From Pirellulales bacterium (GTDB lineage Bacteria > Planctomycetota > Planctomycetia > Pirellulales > UBA1268), in assembly GCA_017853835.1 (NCBI GenBank), contig JAFMIU010000006.1, forward strand, positions 340-64,339: a stretch of 64,000 bases of DNA. Direction: 5' to 3'. Each line of letters opens with the position of its first letter. Positions within the stretch are counted from its first letter, which is position 1. The position numbers and the translations under genes were made by a program. Positions 1 through 9,604 of the stretch are shown here, piece after piece. The notes under the pieces were generated by a model. It did not search any database, was not told the origin of the DNA, and saw only the letters and a program-made list of their open reading frames with translations.

Positions 1-23
1 GCCTTCGTGACGACACTCTCCCT

Positions 24-3000
24 ATGACCACCCCTGCTCCACACTCCGGCGTTCCGATTCGGCGTCGCCGACGTCGCGGCATGCGGCTCGTCATGGAGCG
101 GCTGGAATCGCGGCACGCGTTGTGCGCAGGAACCGTTTTTCCCGGGCTGATTCAGCCTGATCAGCCTTCATCAGGCGATGGACTGACATCGCTTTCGACC
201 GCCGCCGACACGTGGGACGTGAGCCATTCGTTCGACGTGCTGCTGGCGGCTCCGACCGGCACGCTCTCGACGCTCGACGGCACCACCACCGCCACCGCCT
301 CGGCCGCCAACGGACTGCCCGATCTCCACAGCCTGCCCGGGGCCCCGACGGCGATCTATCTCGACTTCGACGGCCATGGTTCCAATGGCGCCTACGACGT
401 CGACGGCGACCCGACCACGTTCAATGCCGCCGAGGTGGCGTCGATCACCGAGGCTCATCGGCAGACGTCGGCCTACTTCGCAATGTTCGATGTCGACGTG
501 ACGACCGTCAAGCCGACGGTGCCGTATGCCTGGATCGTGATCAGCAACGACATCTCGGGCGGCACGAGCTATGTCGATGTGTTCCCCAACTCAAAGCCTG
601 AATCCTGGGTCAGCAGTGCCACCGCGGAGTCGCGGGCGTCGGGCATCGCCCACGAGCTTGGCCACAACTTTGGCCTGTTGCACCAATCGGAATACGATCT
701 CCTCGGCAACAAAACGAGCGAGTATTCCAACGGCTACGATTCGCTGCACGGCTCGATCATGGGCGTGGACTATCGCCAGGACGTGCACAAGTGGTTCATC
801 GGCCATCCTGGCAGCTCGGCAAGCGCCCTGCAGGACGACATCGCGGTGATCGCGAACGCGATCAAAAAGTACCAGCCTTCCGGCGGTGACGGCTTCCGAG
901 CCGACGATTATGGCGGAACCATCGCCACCGCGTCGGCCCTGACGGCCGTCAACGGCGCTCGCTCGGCCGACGGGATCATCGAGCGGATGAGCGATGTCGA
1001 CACGTTTTCATTCACCGCTGGAGCCGCGGGAGCGGTGATCTCGGTCGTGCCCACCAAGCCTTCCGGCCTCGACGCGAAGGTGGAAGTGTTTGACGCCTCG
1101 GGCGGGCTGGTGGCAGCGAGTGACGGCGACACCAACGAGCAACAGATCGTGCTCACGGTGGGTACCGGCACGTGGTATGTGTCGGTGTCGAGCCACGGCA
1201 ACTATGGCGACCTTGGCATGTACGATCTGTCGGTCAACGACCTGCCCGACGGGTGGGCTTCGGCCGACGTTGGCAAGGTCGGCCTCCTCGGTGACGCGGG
1301 CTTCGGCGCGGGAACGTTTACCCTGACGGGGGCCGGAGCCGCCGTTGGCGGCACGTCCGATGCGTTTCGCTTCGCCTGGCAGACGCTCAGCGGCGATGGC
1401 TCCATCACCGCGCGTGTAACCGGCGTTCAAAACACGAACGGCTGGGCGAAGGCGGGAGTTGAGATTCGCGAGTCGCTTGCCGCCAACTCCAAGCATGTGG
1501 CAATGGTGATGACCGCCACGCAGGGGCCGCAGATGATCTCCCGATCATCGACGGGCGGGTCATCGAGCACCGTCAATGGAACGGCGGCTCCCTTTTCGGC
1601 CACATGGGTGCGGCTCGTCCGGGCCGGAAACGTAATCACCGCCTTCCGCTCGGCCGACGGCGCATCGTGGACGACGGTCGGCACGGTCACCGTGTCGATG
1701 GGATCGACCGTGTTGATTGGGCTCTTGAGTTCCGCCCAATCCACGTCGAAGCTCAGCAAGGCCACCCTCACGAACGTCGCGTTCACCGGTGCGATCAATG
1801 CCCCGGATGTGATCGGCTCACTGGCGGCCCCATCGGGCGTTTCGGTCCGCCAGGGGGGCGGCTCATCGTTCGTGGTGTCGTGGCAGCCGGTGGCAGGGGC
1901 GACGGGCTACGAGATCGAGCGATCCGACAACGGGGTCGATTTCACTTCCGCCTTCACCGCGACATCGTCCGCGACGTCCTGGACCAACACCGGCCTGCCC
2001 GGTGCGATGCGGTATTTCTATCGGGTGCGATCGATCGGCTCGACCGGCCGCTCGGCCCCGTCGGCGGTGACCAGCCTCGTCAACCGCCCCAGCCCCGTGA
2101 GCGATGCGGCGGTCACGTCGCTCTCCAACTCCCAGCTCGTCCTCAACTGGATCGAGACGAGCGGCGAGACCGGCTACCGGATCGAGCGATCGACCGACAA
2201 TGTCACGTTCACCCAGATTGCCACCGTTGGCGTCAACGTGCCGAGTTACACCGCCGGCGGCCTGGCAGCCGGGACCACCTATTGGTTTCGGATCTCGCCC
2301 ACGAGCCCGAACGGTGATGGCAATGCGGTGGTGGTGTCTGGAAGCACGACCGGCACGCAGGCCGTGAGCGACCTCGCCTTCACCGCGAAGTCTTCCTCGG
2401 CCATCGACCTTGAATGGACGGGACTCTCCAATGCAACGGGGTACCGGATCGAACGTTCGAGCACCAGCACCTCGTTCACGGCGTTGGCCACGGTTTCCGC
2501 CGGAACGGTTTCTTACCGCGATACGACGGTGTCGGCGCTAGGGAAGTACTACTACCGCGTGGTGGCCATCAACGGCAGCACCGAGGCCGCCCCGTCGCCG
2601 ACGATCTTCACCGCCGCCCCGGCAATGCTCGCGCTGCCCATTCCGTGGACGGCTGCCGATGTCGGCAGCGTGGCTGGCGAGGGGGCGACCGGACGGCAAT
2701 CGGGCACGTTCATCTCCGTGGCGAGTGGAACGGCCATCGGTGGATCCGCTGATTCGTTTCGGTTCACGTCGCAGCCTCTTGTCGGTGACGGAACCATCAC
2801 TGCCCGAGTGTCATCGCTCGAAAACACCGGGAGCTGGGCCAAGGCGGGTGTCATCATCCGCGAGTCAACCGACCCGAATGCGAGGCAGGCGGTGATGGCG
2901 GTGTCGGCCGCCAACGGCATCGTCTGGCAGTATCGGCAGAACGTGGGCGGCTTTGGCGTCGTCGTCGCCGGCCCCACCAGCCAGGCTGCCCCAGCCTGGA

Positions 3001-4418
3001 TCCGGGTGGTGCGCGAGGGCACCCGCTTCACGGGATCGTGGTCGCCCGACGGCACCACATGGACGGAGGTCGGCAGCATCACCATCAACATGAGCTCTTC
3101 GGCCCTGGTCGGCCTCGCCAGCACCAGCGACGCCGCGACGCGGCTCAATCGTGTGGAGTTCACCGATGTGGCGGTCAGCAACACGGCCCCCACGGTGGCG
3201 ACGGCCGCCGCCGCCACGATGGCGTCCGCCGGCACCACCGCCACGCTCTCGGTGCTGGGCGCCGACGACCACGGCGAGCCAAACCTGACCTATCGCTGGA
3301 CGGCCCAGGGCCCCGCAGCCGTGACGTTCTCGGGGAACGGCACGAATGCCGCGAAGGATGCCGTCGCGACGTTTTCCAAAGCCGGCACCTACACCCTCAC
3401 GGCCACGCTCACCGATTCCAGCGGCCTGACGGCCACATCGGCCGTGTCCGTGACCGTGGCACAACGAATCTCGTCGATCACGGTCACGCCTGGCACAGCC
3501 ACGCTCGTGGCCGGTCTCACGAAGCAGTATTCCGCGACGGCCGTCGACCAGTTCGGCTCGTCCCTCGCTCCGCAGCCTTCCCTCACATGGCTTGCCATCG
3601 GTGCAGGCACCATTTCATCGACCGGCCTCTTCACCGCGCCGGCGACGGCGGCGATCACCACCATTACCGCCACGGCCCAGCTCGTGACCGGCCAGGCAAC
3701 CATCACGACGACCAATCTGGAGATCGTGGTCGCGGCCGGTCAGACGACGACCGAGCCGGGAGGCCGCTCCGGCATCGCGACCCTCTTCAAACGCGGCGGT
3801 GGAACGCTCGTGCTGACGGGGGCCAATGCCCACTCCGGGGGCACGGTCATCGAGGAGGGGGTCGTGGTCGTGCAAAACCAGGCCGCCCTTGGCAGTGGGC
3901 GACTCGAGGTGCGAGCCGGCGCGCGGTTCACCCTCGACATCGGCCTCGACGAGCTCGTCGTTCCCTCGATCGTGATCGATCCCACGAGCCGAATCGACCT
4001 GGGAGCAGGTCGGCTGACCGTGGCCTCTGGATTGACCGAGGCAGATGTCCGCCGCCTCCTGCTTGATGGCCGCGGTGCGGGGGGCTGGGATGGTGCGAAT
4101 GGAATCATGTCACGCGCCGTCGTGCCAGGGAGCCGGGAGCTGGGGTATGTCGTCGATGCCGGCCTGGTGACGATCGGCTATGTCGCCCCGGGCGACACGA
4201 ACCTCGACGGCGTCGTCGACGTCGCCGACATCGCCAACTTCGTGTCCAACATCGATTCCCCGAGCGCCGCCGGGTTTGGATGGGCGGATGGTGATTTCAA
4301 CTACGACGGCATCGTCGACCAGCTCGACCTCTCCGCCTTCCTTGGCGAGGGGCTCTTCGACCAGGGCCTGTACCTTTCGGCCGCCGATGCCGCATTTGCG
4401 GCCCTCGGCCGGAACTAG
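24..4418 (+). CDS. Large secreted multidomain protein: metzincin-type Zn-protease motif, PPC-like domain, two ConA/laminin-G-like repeats, four FN3 repeats, Ig-like/Big_2 domains, PATR-like beta-strand region, dockerin-like C-terminus
   Basis: 1464-aa ORF. HELGHNFGLLH matches HExxHxxGxxH. Four FN3-like units each carry 'GY(E/R)IERS'. Two ~170-aa internal repeats (SDAFRFAWQTLSGDGSITARV / ADSFRFTSQPLVGDGTITARV). C-terminal GDTNLDGVVDVADI and DFNYDGIVDQLDL pair. Arg-rich N-terminus RRRRRRGMRLVMERLESR. Confidence 0.8.
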   Translation: MTTPAPHSGVPIRRRRRRGMRLVMERLESRHALCAGTVFPGLIQPDQPSSGDGLTSLSTAADTWDVSHSFDVLLAAPTGTLSTLDGTTTATASAANGLPDLHSLPGAPTAIYLDFDGHGSNGAYDVDGDPTTFNAAEVASITEAHRQTSAYFAMFDVDVTTVKPTVPYAWIVISNDISGGTSYVDVFPNSKPESWVSSATAESRASGIAHELGHNFGLLHQSEYDLLGNKTSEYSNGYDSLHGSIMGVDYRQDVHKWFIGHPGSSASALQDDIAVIANAIKKYQPSGGDGFRADDYGGTIATASALTAVNGARSADGIIERMSDVDTFSFTAGAAGAVISVVPTKPSGLDAKVEVFDASGGLVAASDGDTNEQQIVLTVGTGTWYVSVSSHGNYGDLGMYDLSVNDLPDGWASADVGKVGLLGDAGFGAGTFTLTGAGAAVGGTSDAFRFAWQTLSGDGSITARVTGVQNTNGWAKAGVEIRESLAANSKHVAMVMTATQGPQMISRSSTGGSSSTVNGTAAPFSATWVRLVRAGNVITAFRSADGASWTTVGTVTVSMGSTVLIGLLSSAQSTSKLSKATLTNVAFTGAINAPDVIGSLAAPSGVSVRQGGGSSFVVSWQPVAGATGYEIERSDNGVDFTSAFTATSSATSWTNTGLPGAMRYFYRVRSIGSTGRSAPSAVTSLVNRPSPVSDAAVTSLSNSQLVLNWIETSGETGYRIERSTDNVTFTQIATVGVNVPSYTAGGLAAGTTYWFRISPTSPNGDGNAVVVSGSTTGTQAVSDLAFTAKSSSAIDLEWTGLSNATGYRIERSSTSTSFTALATVSAGTVSYRDTTVSALGKYYYRVVAINGSTEAAPSPTIFTAAPAMLALPIPWTAADVGSVAGEGATGRQSGTFISVASGTAIGGSADSFRFTSQPLVGDGTITARVSSLENTGSWAKAGVIIRESTDPNARQAVMAVSAANGIVWQYRQNVGGFGVVVAGPTSQAAPAWIRVVREGTRFTGSWSPDGTTWTEVGSITINMSSSALVGLASTSDAATRLNRVEFTDVAVSNTAPTVATAAAATMASAGTTATLSVLGADDHGEPNLTYRWTAQGPAAVTFSGNGTNAAKDAVATFSKAGTYTLTATLTDSSGLTATSAVSVTVAQRISSITVTPGTATLVAGLTKQYSATAVDQFGSSLAPQPSLTWLAIGAGTISSTGLFTAPATAAITTITATAQLVTGQATITTTNLEIVVAAGQTTTEPGGRSGIATLFKRGGGTLVLTGANAHSGGTVIEEGVVVVQNQAALGSGRLEVRAGARFTLDIGLDELVVPSIVIDPTSRIDLGAGRLTVASGLTEADVRRLLLDGRGAGGWDGANGIMSRAVVPGSRELGYVVDAGLVTIGYVAPGDTNLDGVVDVADIANFVSNIDSPSAAGFGWADGDFNYDGIVDQLDLSAFLGEGLFDQGLYLSAADAAFAALGRN

Positions 4419-4486
4419 CGGAACGGTGCCCCTTGGAGCCGGAAATACTCTTACGACGTCGCCCCACTCTTTTTTCGCACGCCACC

Positions 4487-7393
4487 ATGCATCTGCCCGT
4501 TCGTCTTCACCGCATGACCACGGCCGGCCTCGCCGCCGTAGCCGTGGCGATGGCCATCGCTGGCCCCATCCGTCCGGCGGCCGGCCAACCGGCCAAGCCT
4601 CCCAACATCCTGCTGCTCTACGTCGACGATCTTCGGTACGACGGGCTGGGTGCCACCGGCCACGACTTCGTTCAGACGCCCAACATCGACCAGCGGATTG
4701 CAGGCCGAGGAATGAACCTCGTCAACTCGTTCGCCACGTGCCCTCTCTGCTCCCCATCGCGGGCCTCGTTGATGACCGGCCAGTATCCCGAGACCCATGG
4801 CCTTGATCGCAACGATCAGGTCAACGCCGTACCCGACGAGCGACTGCCCATCTACCAGAAAACGCTTCAATCCGCCGGGTATCGCACCGGCCTCGTGGGC
4901 AAGTGGCACATGGACTCCTATTTCGAACCCCGCGCAGGATTCAACTACTGGGCGGCGTTTCAGGGGCAGGGCACCCACACGAATCCCCAGCTGCGGGTGA
5001 AGCAGGATGCGACTGCGGTCCGCACGGTCAACGAGACCGGGTACACCACCACGATCCTCACCAACTACGCCCTCGACTTCCTCAAGGACTACGGAACGGG
5101 AGGCAGCCGCACCGAACCTTTCGCCCTGACGCTGTCGTTCAAGGCGGTCCACGGCCCCCACGGCGACCAATACACCCAATCCGGAGGCCTGTATGCCGGA
5201 GAAACCATCGACCGCCCGCCAAGCGCCCTGGCCACCTACGGAGGGCTGGACATCAACGCGGAAAAGCCGGCGTTCAGCCGTCCTGGGTACGGTGGCCTTC
5301 ATCCCAACGACACCATGGGCAACAGCCAGCAGATCAGCCAGATGGAGATGCTGCACGACATCGACACCAACATCGGTCGCGTGCTCGATGCGCTCGAGGC
5401 GAAGGGGCTCGACAACAACACGCTCGTGATCTTCACGAGCGACAACGGCTTCTTCTGGGGTGAACATGGCCGGGGCGACAAGCGGCTCGCCTACGAGGAG
5501 TCGATCCGCGTGCCCCTCCTCGTCCGTGGCCCGGGCATTCAACCCGGCCAGACGTCGGACGCGCTCGTGACCAACATCGATCTCGCCCCCACGATTCTGA
5601 AGGCGGCGGGGCTCGGCATTCCCGGCACCATGCAGGGCAAGCCGCTCAACGGTGTTCTCAGCGGTTCCGCCGGGCCGACCCGCGACGCCGTCTTCGCGTC
5701 ATATCGCCAGGAGTTGAAGTATCCGGAAATCCCGAGTTGGGATGCCGTGCGAAGCCAGTCTCACCTCTATCTCACGTATCCCGACCTCGGCTCGAGTTAC
5801 GACGAACTCTACGACCTCGCTGCCGATCCGTATCAGATGAACAATCTCCTGCGGCCCGGCCCGATCAACGCTCTTCCCATCGGCACCCAGCAGGCGCTCG
5901 ACACCGTGCAGACACAGTTGCACCAGCTTCGACGCGAGGCCACCAGCGTCAACCCCTTCACGCGGCAGATCATCCCCGGAAGCGCGACCGATTTCACGCT
6001 CACCGAAGGGGGCGTGGTCCGGAGCGATACCGACATGCGGGTCGGCGCCGTCGTACCCCTTACGGGCACCGATGCCGGCCGTTCTGCCATCCTCGCGTAC
6101 GAACTCCCGCGGCTCGACGATCCGTCGCTCCTCGAACGAGCCTTCGTGAGTTTTCACATCGTCCGACAGACCGGAAACGTGAGCACCGTTCATGCCGACC
6201 TCTGGGCGATCGGCATCACCGAGACCGCGACTCCGCTCACGGAATACCTCGAGGCCGACGCCGAGAAAAACCTCGCCAACCGAGCCGACAACGTCAAGCT
6301 TCAAGACAACATCATCACCTCTGGCCAGCACCTGGCTCGCACCTTCTCCAACGACAAGGCGTCGGTCGTTCTGGCTGATTACCTCCGCACCTTCTACGAG
6401 GCACACCCCGACTATGCCGGTGGGAGCTTCCTTCAGGTTCGGCTGAACCCCGACCGCGACCTGGGCAACGCCTCGATCGGATGGGATATCGCGGCGATGG
6501 AGACGCCGACGAGTGCCACCGATGCCACGCCGTATTACTTCCGCCAGCCAGCGCTGGTGTACGAACTCGGCGTACCAGCCACGATCACCATCGACGTTTC
6601 GAGCGGCGTGCAGACCCAGAGCCAGGCGGGGCACAGCCTGTTTTCGGGCGTGCATCCCTTCGAAAAAAAGGGAGCGGGAACCCTCGTGATCGACCGGGCC
6701 AACACGCTCTCGGCCGGCATGACGATCCGGGAAGGCGCCGTCACGCTGGCTCACCCCCGCGGACTCGAGCACAGCAGCGTAACGCCGATCGCCGGAGGAA
6801 TCATGACGGTCGCCCCGCACCAGACGACGGTCGTGGGCGGCCTTGATCCCACGGCAGGCGGCCTTGTGGATGTCGGAAGCGGTCGGGTGACCGTGTCCGA
6901 GGGTCTCTCGGCGGTACGGCTGCTGTCGGCAATCCTATCGGGCCGGGGTGAAGGCCCCTGGAACGGCACGTCTGGCATCACCTCGAGCATTGCAGCCGCT
7001 GAGGTGGCCCAGGGAGAGGATCGTTCGATTGGATGGCTCGACAACGGCGACGGGTCGGTCACCTTCGCCTACGCGGCCCCTGGAGACGCAAACCTCGACT
7101 GGTCCATCGACCTCCTCGATTTCAGTGACTACCTCGCCTCCGCCACCTATGATTCCCTGAAGTTCGCGGGCTGGTCGGGTGGCGACTACACCTATGACGG
7201 ATTCGTGGATGCCACCGACGTCGCCCTGGCACTCGGGACGGGCCTTTTCGACAGGGGTTCCTACGCCCCCCTGTCGCTCCCGTCGGGGGCGGCCGTGGCC
7301 GTCCCAGAACCGTCCAGCCTCGGACTCCTGGCCGGGGTGGTGGTCGCCGCCATGGCGGCCCGCCGTGGCTTTCGGCCGAAGGAAGGGGGTTGA
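4487..7393 (+). CDS. Cys-type sulfatase fused to an unknown middle domain and a PATR/dockerin-like/PEP-CTERM anchoring module
   Basis: Signal-peptide-like N-terminus after ATG 4487 (ORF-track start is 4433). Sulfatase signature CPLCSPSRASLMTGQYP. C-terminus VPEPSSLGLLAGVVVAAMAARRG is a PEP-CTERM. Confidence 0.85.
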   Translation: MHLPVRLHRMTTAGLAAVAVAMAIAGPIRPAAGQPAKPPNILLLYVDDLRYDGLGATGHDFVQTPNIDQRIAGRGMNLVNSFATCPLCSPSRASLMTGQYPETHGLDRNDQVNAVPDERLPIYQKTLQSAGYRTGLVGKWHMDSYFEPRAGFNYWAAFQGQGTHTNPQLRVKQDATAVRTVNETGYTTTILTNYALDFLKDYGTGGSRTEPFALTLSFKAVHGPHGDQYTQSGGLYAGETIDRPPSALATYGGLDINAEKPAFSRPGYGGLHPNDTMGNSQQISQMEMLHDIDTNIGRVLDALEAKGLDNNTLVIFTSDNGFFWGEHGRGDKRLAYEESIRVPLLVRGPGIQPGQTSDALVTNIDLAPTILKAAGLGIPGTMQGKPLNGVLSGSAGPTRDAVFASYRQELKYPEIPSWDAVRSQSHLYLTYPDLGSSYDELYDLAADPYQMNNLLRPGPINALPIGTQQALDTVQTQLHQLRREATSVNPFTRQIIPGSATDFTLTEGGVVRSDTDMRVGAVVPLTGTDAGRSAILAYELPRLDDPSLLERAFVSFHIVRQTGNVSTVHADLWAIGITETATPLTEYLEADAEKNLANRADNVKLQDNIITSGQHLARTFSNDKASVVLADYLRTFYEAHPDYAGGSFLQVRLNPDRDLGNASIGWDIAAMETPTSATDATPYYFRQPALVYELGVPATITIDVSSGVQTQSQAGHSLFSGVHPFEKKGAGTLVIDRANTLSAGMTIREGAVTLAHPRGLEHSSVTPIAGGIMTVAPHQTTVVGGLDPTAGGLVDVGSGRVTVSEGLSAVRLLSAILSGRGEGPWNGTSGITSSIAAAEVAQGEDRSIGWLDNGDGSVTFAYAAPGDANLDWSIDLLDFSDYLASATYDSLKFAGWSGGDYTYDGFVDATDVALALGTGLFDRGSYAPLSLPSGAAVAVPEPSSLGLLAGVVVAAMAARRGFRPKEGG

Positions 7394-7481
7394 TTGGCAC
7401 TCTTTCCCGGAAAACCGGAAGATATGGCGAGCGTGAGACTCCTCACGCGGGGAATGCACTCCACCCGACCGAGGGGTCGTG

Positions 7482-8018
7482 ATGACCGAGCCGTCCGGCC
7501 CCGACCATGAACTCTTCGTCGGGCTGATCACCACCAACTACGACCATCTTCGGCGCTACATCTACAGCCTCCTGCCCCACGAAGAGGATGCAAAGGATGT
7601 GCTGCAGGAAGTGTGCGTCGCGATCTCGCGGAAGTTCGCGGAGTATGACCGTTCGCGACCGTTTCTGCCATGGGCCTGTGGCTTTGCCTATCTCAAGGTG
7701 CTGAAGTTTTATGAGCAACAGCGTCCCCGACGCATGCTTCGGCTGCCAACCGAGGTGCTCGAACTTCTCGCAACGGCCCGTGAGCAGGAGGAGCCTGCTC
7801 TGCTCGAGCGGCTTGCCGCCCTCGACCGTTGCCTTGAAAAACTCCCCAACCGTGATCGAAAGCTGATCCAGGCCCGATACGTCGACCGGACTCCGGTAGA
7901 CGACATTGCGGCAGCTTTCTCACAAAGCCGACGCACCATGTTTCGCAATCTTGAGCGGATCCGTCGACAGCTCTTCGACTGCATCGATCGTTCCGTCGTC
8001 CTCGAAGGCTCTCCATGA
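7482..8018 (+). CDS. ECF-type RNA polymerase sigma factor
   Basis: ~178 aa with a sigma-70 region-2-like stretch (YIYSLLPHEEDAKDVLQEVCV) and a region-4 HTH (DRKLIQARYVDRTPVDDIAAAFSQSRRTMFRNLERIRRQL). GAGGGG lies 5 nt upstream of ATG 7482. The stop overlaps the next start (ATGA at 8015). Confidence 0.85.
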   Translation: MTEPSGPDHELFVGLITTNYDHLRRYIYSLLPHEEDAKDVLQEVCVAISRKFAEYDRSRPFLPWACGFAYLKVLKFYEQQRPRRMLRLPTEVLELLATAREQEEPALLERLAALDRCLEKLPNRDRKLIQARYVDRTPVDDIAAAFSQSRRTMFRNLERIRRQLFDCIDRSVVLEGSP

Positions 8019-9604
8019 CCCGGGATTCTCTGAACGAGTTGCACACGCTCCTTTCGGCCGTCGTCGATGGCACGGCGTCGGAGATGCAGTGCGCCGACCT
8101 CACCAAACGGCTTGCCGAAGACGCCGAGGCGCGGCGATTCTACCTGCGTTACCTCGACATGTCGGCGGGCCTCATGGGCCGGGTGCCGCCGGTGCCAGCC
8201 TCGTCGACCCGTCGCGGCCCCTGGTTCGCGATCCTCACCTCGTCGCTGATGGCTGCTTCGCTCCTGGTGGGCTGGTTTGTTTCGGCGAGCGCCCGTCGGA
8301 ATGAAACGCCAGCCATCGACGGTTCCGTTCCATCGGCCGGGTCGACCTTGCCTCTTGGCTACGTGGCGACAATCCTCTCGGCAAGCCCCACCGCCACCCT
8401 CAACGACCAGCCAATCTCGCCCGGCATGCGACTGCTCCCGGCTGCCTATGTCCTCGCGAATGGGAGCCTGGAAATCCAGTTCGACGGCGGCTCCAGGATT
8501 CTCTTCGACGGAACGTCACGATTCTCCCTCGTCTCACGGCGACGCGTGACGATCGAACAGGCCACGTTCCTGTTCCGGGGCGATCCGTCGTGCGAAACGA
8601 TCGAGATCGCCACGCCTCGCTCGATCCTCAGGGACATCGGCACCGAGTACGCAGCGGTGATCGACGGAGCGTTGGAGGAGGTTCATGTGTCGGACGGCTC
8701 CGTCCAACGCTCCGCAGAAGGCCATTCCTCGCCGTCGCTGACGGAGCTCATCGAGGCGGGCGCCGCGAGGCGATACGAATCGCTTTCGCAACGCGGCGTT
8801 GCCATTCCGCTCAATGCGGCGCTCATCGCCCTGTCCTTGGACGCACCGGTGGCAGCCGATGAGTCCGACAACCCGACCGCGTATGACGGCTTCAAGCAGG
8901 GCGCCGACGGAATCCAGGGCCTGCAGTCGGGTTACGGATGGTCTGGACCATGGCTTTCGCGGAAGGATTCGTCGTTGCGGCTCTGCTCTCCGGGACTGGC
9001 CGGTGAGGGGTCGGTGTCGCTACGTCACGCCCCGCCCGGGAGCGACGGCTCGGATGGGAATGTTTCAGCGGCCCACCGGAGGCTCGACACGCCGATCGAC
9101 CTGTCGAAGGATGGCATCTATTACCTGCGGTATCTCGTTCGCCGGGGTCCGGTCGGCAAAAAAAGGGAGCACCGCGCCATGATCGTGCTTCGAACGCATG
9201 GCGTGTCGCTCGACGACGAGGAGCGAAATCTTTCCTTGATCCAAATCGCCCTTCGCAAGCACGACTCGGCGCTCGTGCGGCTCGGCGAAGCAGTCTCCCG
9301 CGCATCGCTTCCGCAAGTTCCCGATCAAACCTACGCCGTGGTCGCAAAGATCGTCGCCGGTAGTACCAAGCCCGATCAGGTCCTGGTGCGGCTGATGGCG
9401 ATCGATCAGCTCGCCGAGCCCGATGAGCCGAGCGACTGGTCGCTGGTCAGCGACAGCGTTGAGACCGACATGCTGCTCGACACACTGTCGCTGGAGTCGA
9501 CCAGCGACGGTCAGATCGAGTTTGGCGACATCTGCATCGGTCCATCCTGGAAAAGTGTCTCGCTTCCCCGCACTCCTCTTCTCTCCAAGGGCACTCCCCA
9601 ATGA
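8015..9604 (+). CDS. FecR-like transmembrane anti-sigma factor
   Basis: N-terminal anti-sigma helix (LLSAVVDGTASEMQCADLTKRLAEDAEARRFYLRY), one TM segment (WFAILTSSLMAASLLVGWFV) and a FecR-like beta region (GSLEIQFDGGSRILFDGTSRFSLVS). ATGA overlaps with both neighbours. Confidence 0.7.
   Translation: MTRDSLNELHTLLSAVVDGTASEMQCADLTKRLAEDAEARRFYLRYLDMSAGLMGRVPPVPASSTRRGPWFAILTSSLMAASLLVGWFVSASARRNETPAIDGSVPSAGSTLPLGYVATILSASPTATLNDQPISPGMRLLPAAYVLANGSLEIQFDGGSRILFDGTSRFSLVSRRRVTIEQATFLFRGDPSCETIEIATPRSILRDIGTEYAAVIDGALEEVHVSDGSVQRSAEGHSSPSLTELIEAGAARRYESLSQRGVAIPLNAALIALSLDAPVAADESDNPTAYDGFKQGADGIQGLQSGYGWSGPWLSRKDSSLRLCSPGLAGEGSVSLRHAPPGSDGSDGNVSAAHRRLDTPIDLSKDGIYYLRYLVRRGPVGKKREHRAMIVLRTHGVSLDDEERNLSLIQIALRKHDSALVRLGEAVSRASLPQVPDQTYAVVAKIVAGSTKPDQVLVRLMAIDQLAEPDEPSDWSLVSDSVETDMLLDTLSLESTSDGQIEFGDICIGPSWKSVSLPRTPLLSKGTPQ

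Noticed and set aside
7409-7434. ECF-type autoregulatory promoter (GGAAAAC - 16 nt - CGT) upstream of the sigma-factor gene.
   Set aside because: It only loosely resembles the GGAAC/CGT consensus, and the specificity of this ECF group is unknown. It also overlaps a 7-bp terminator-like hairpin (GCGTGAG-ACTC-CTCACGC). This is too weak to annotate.
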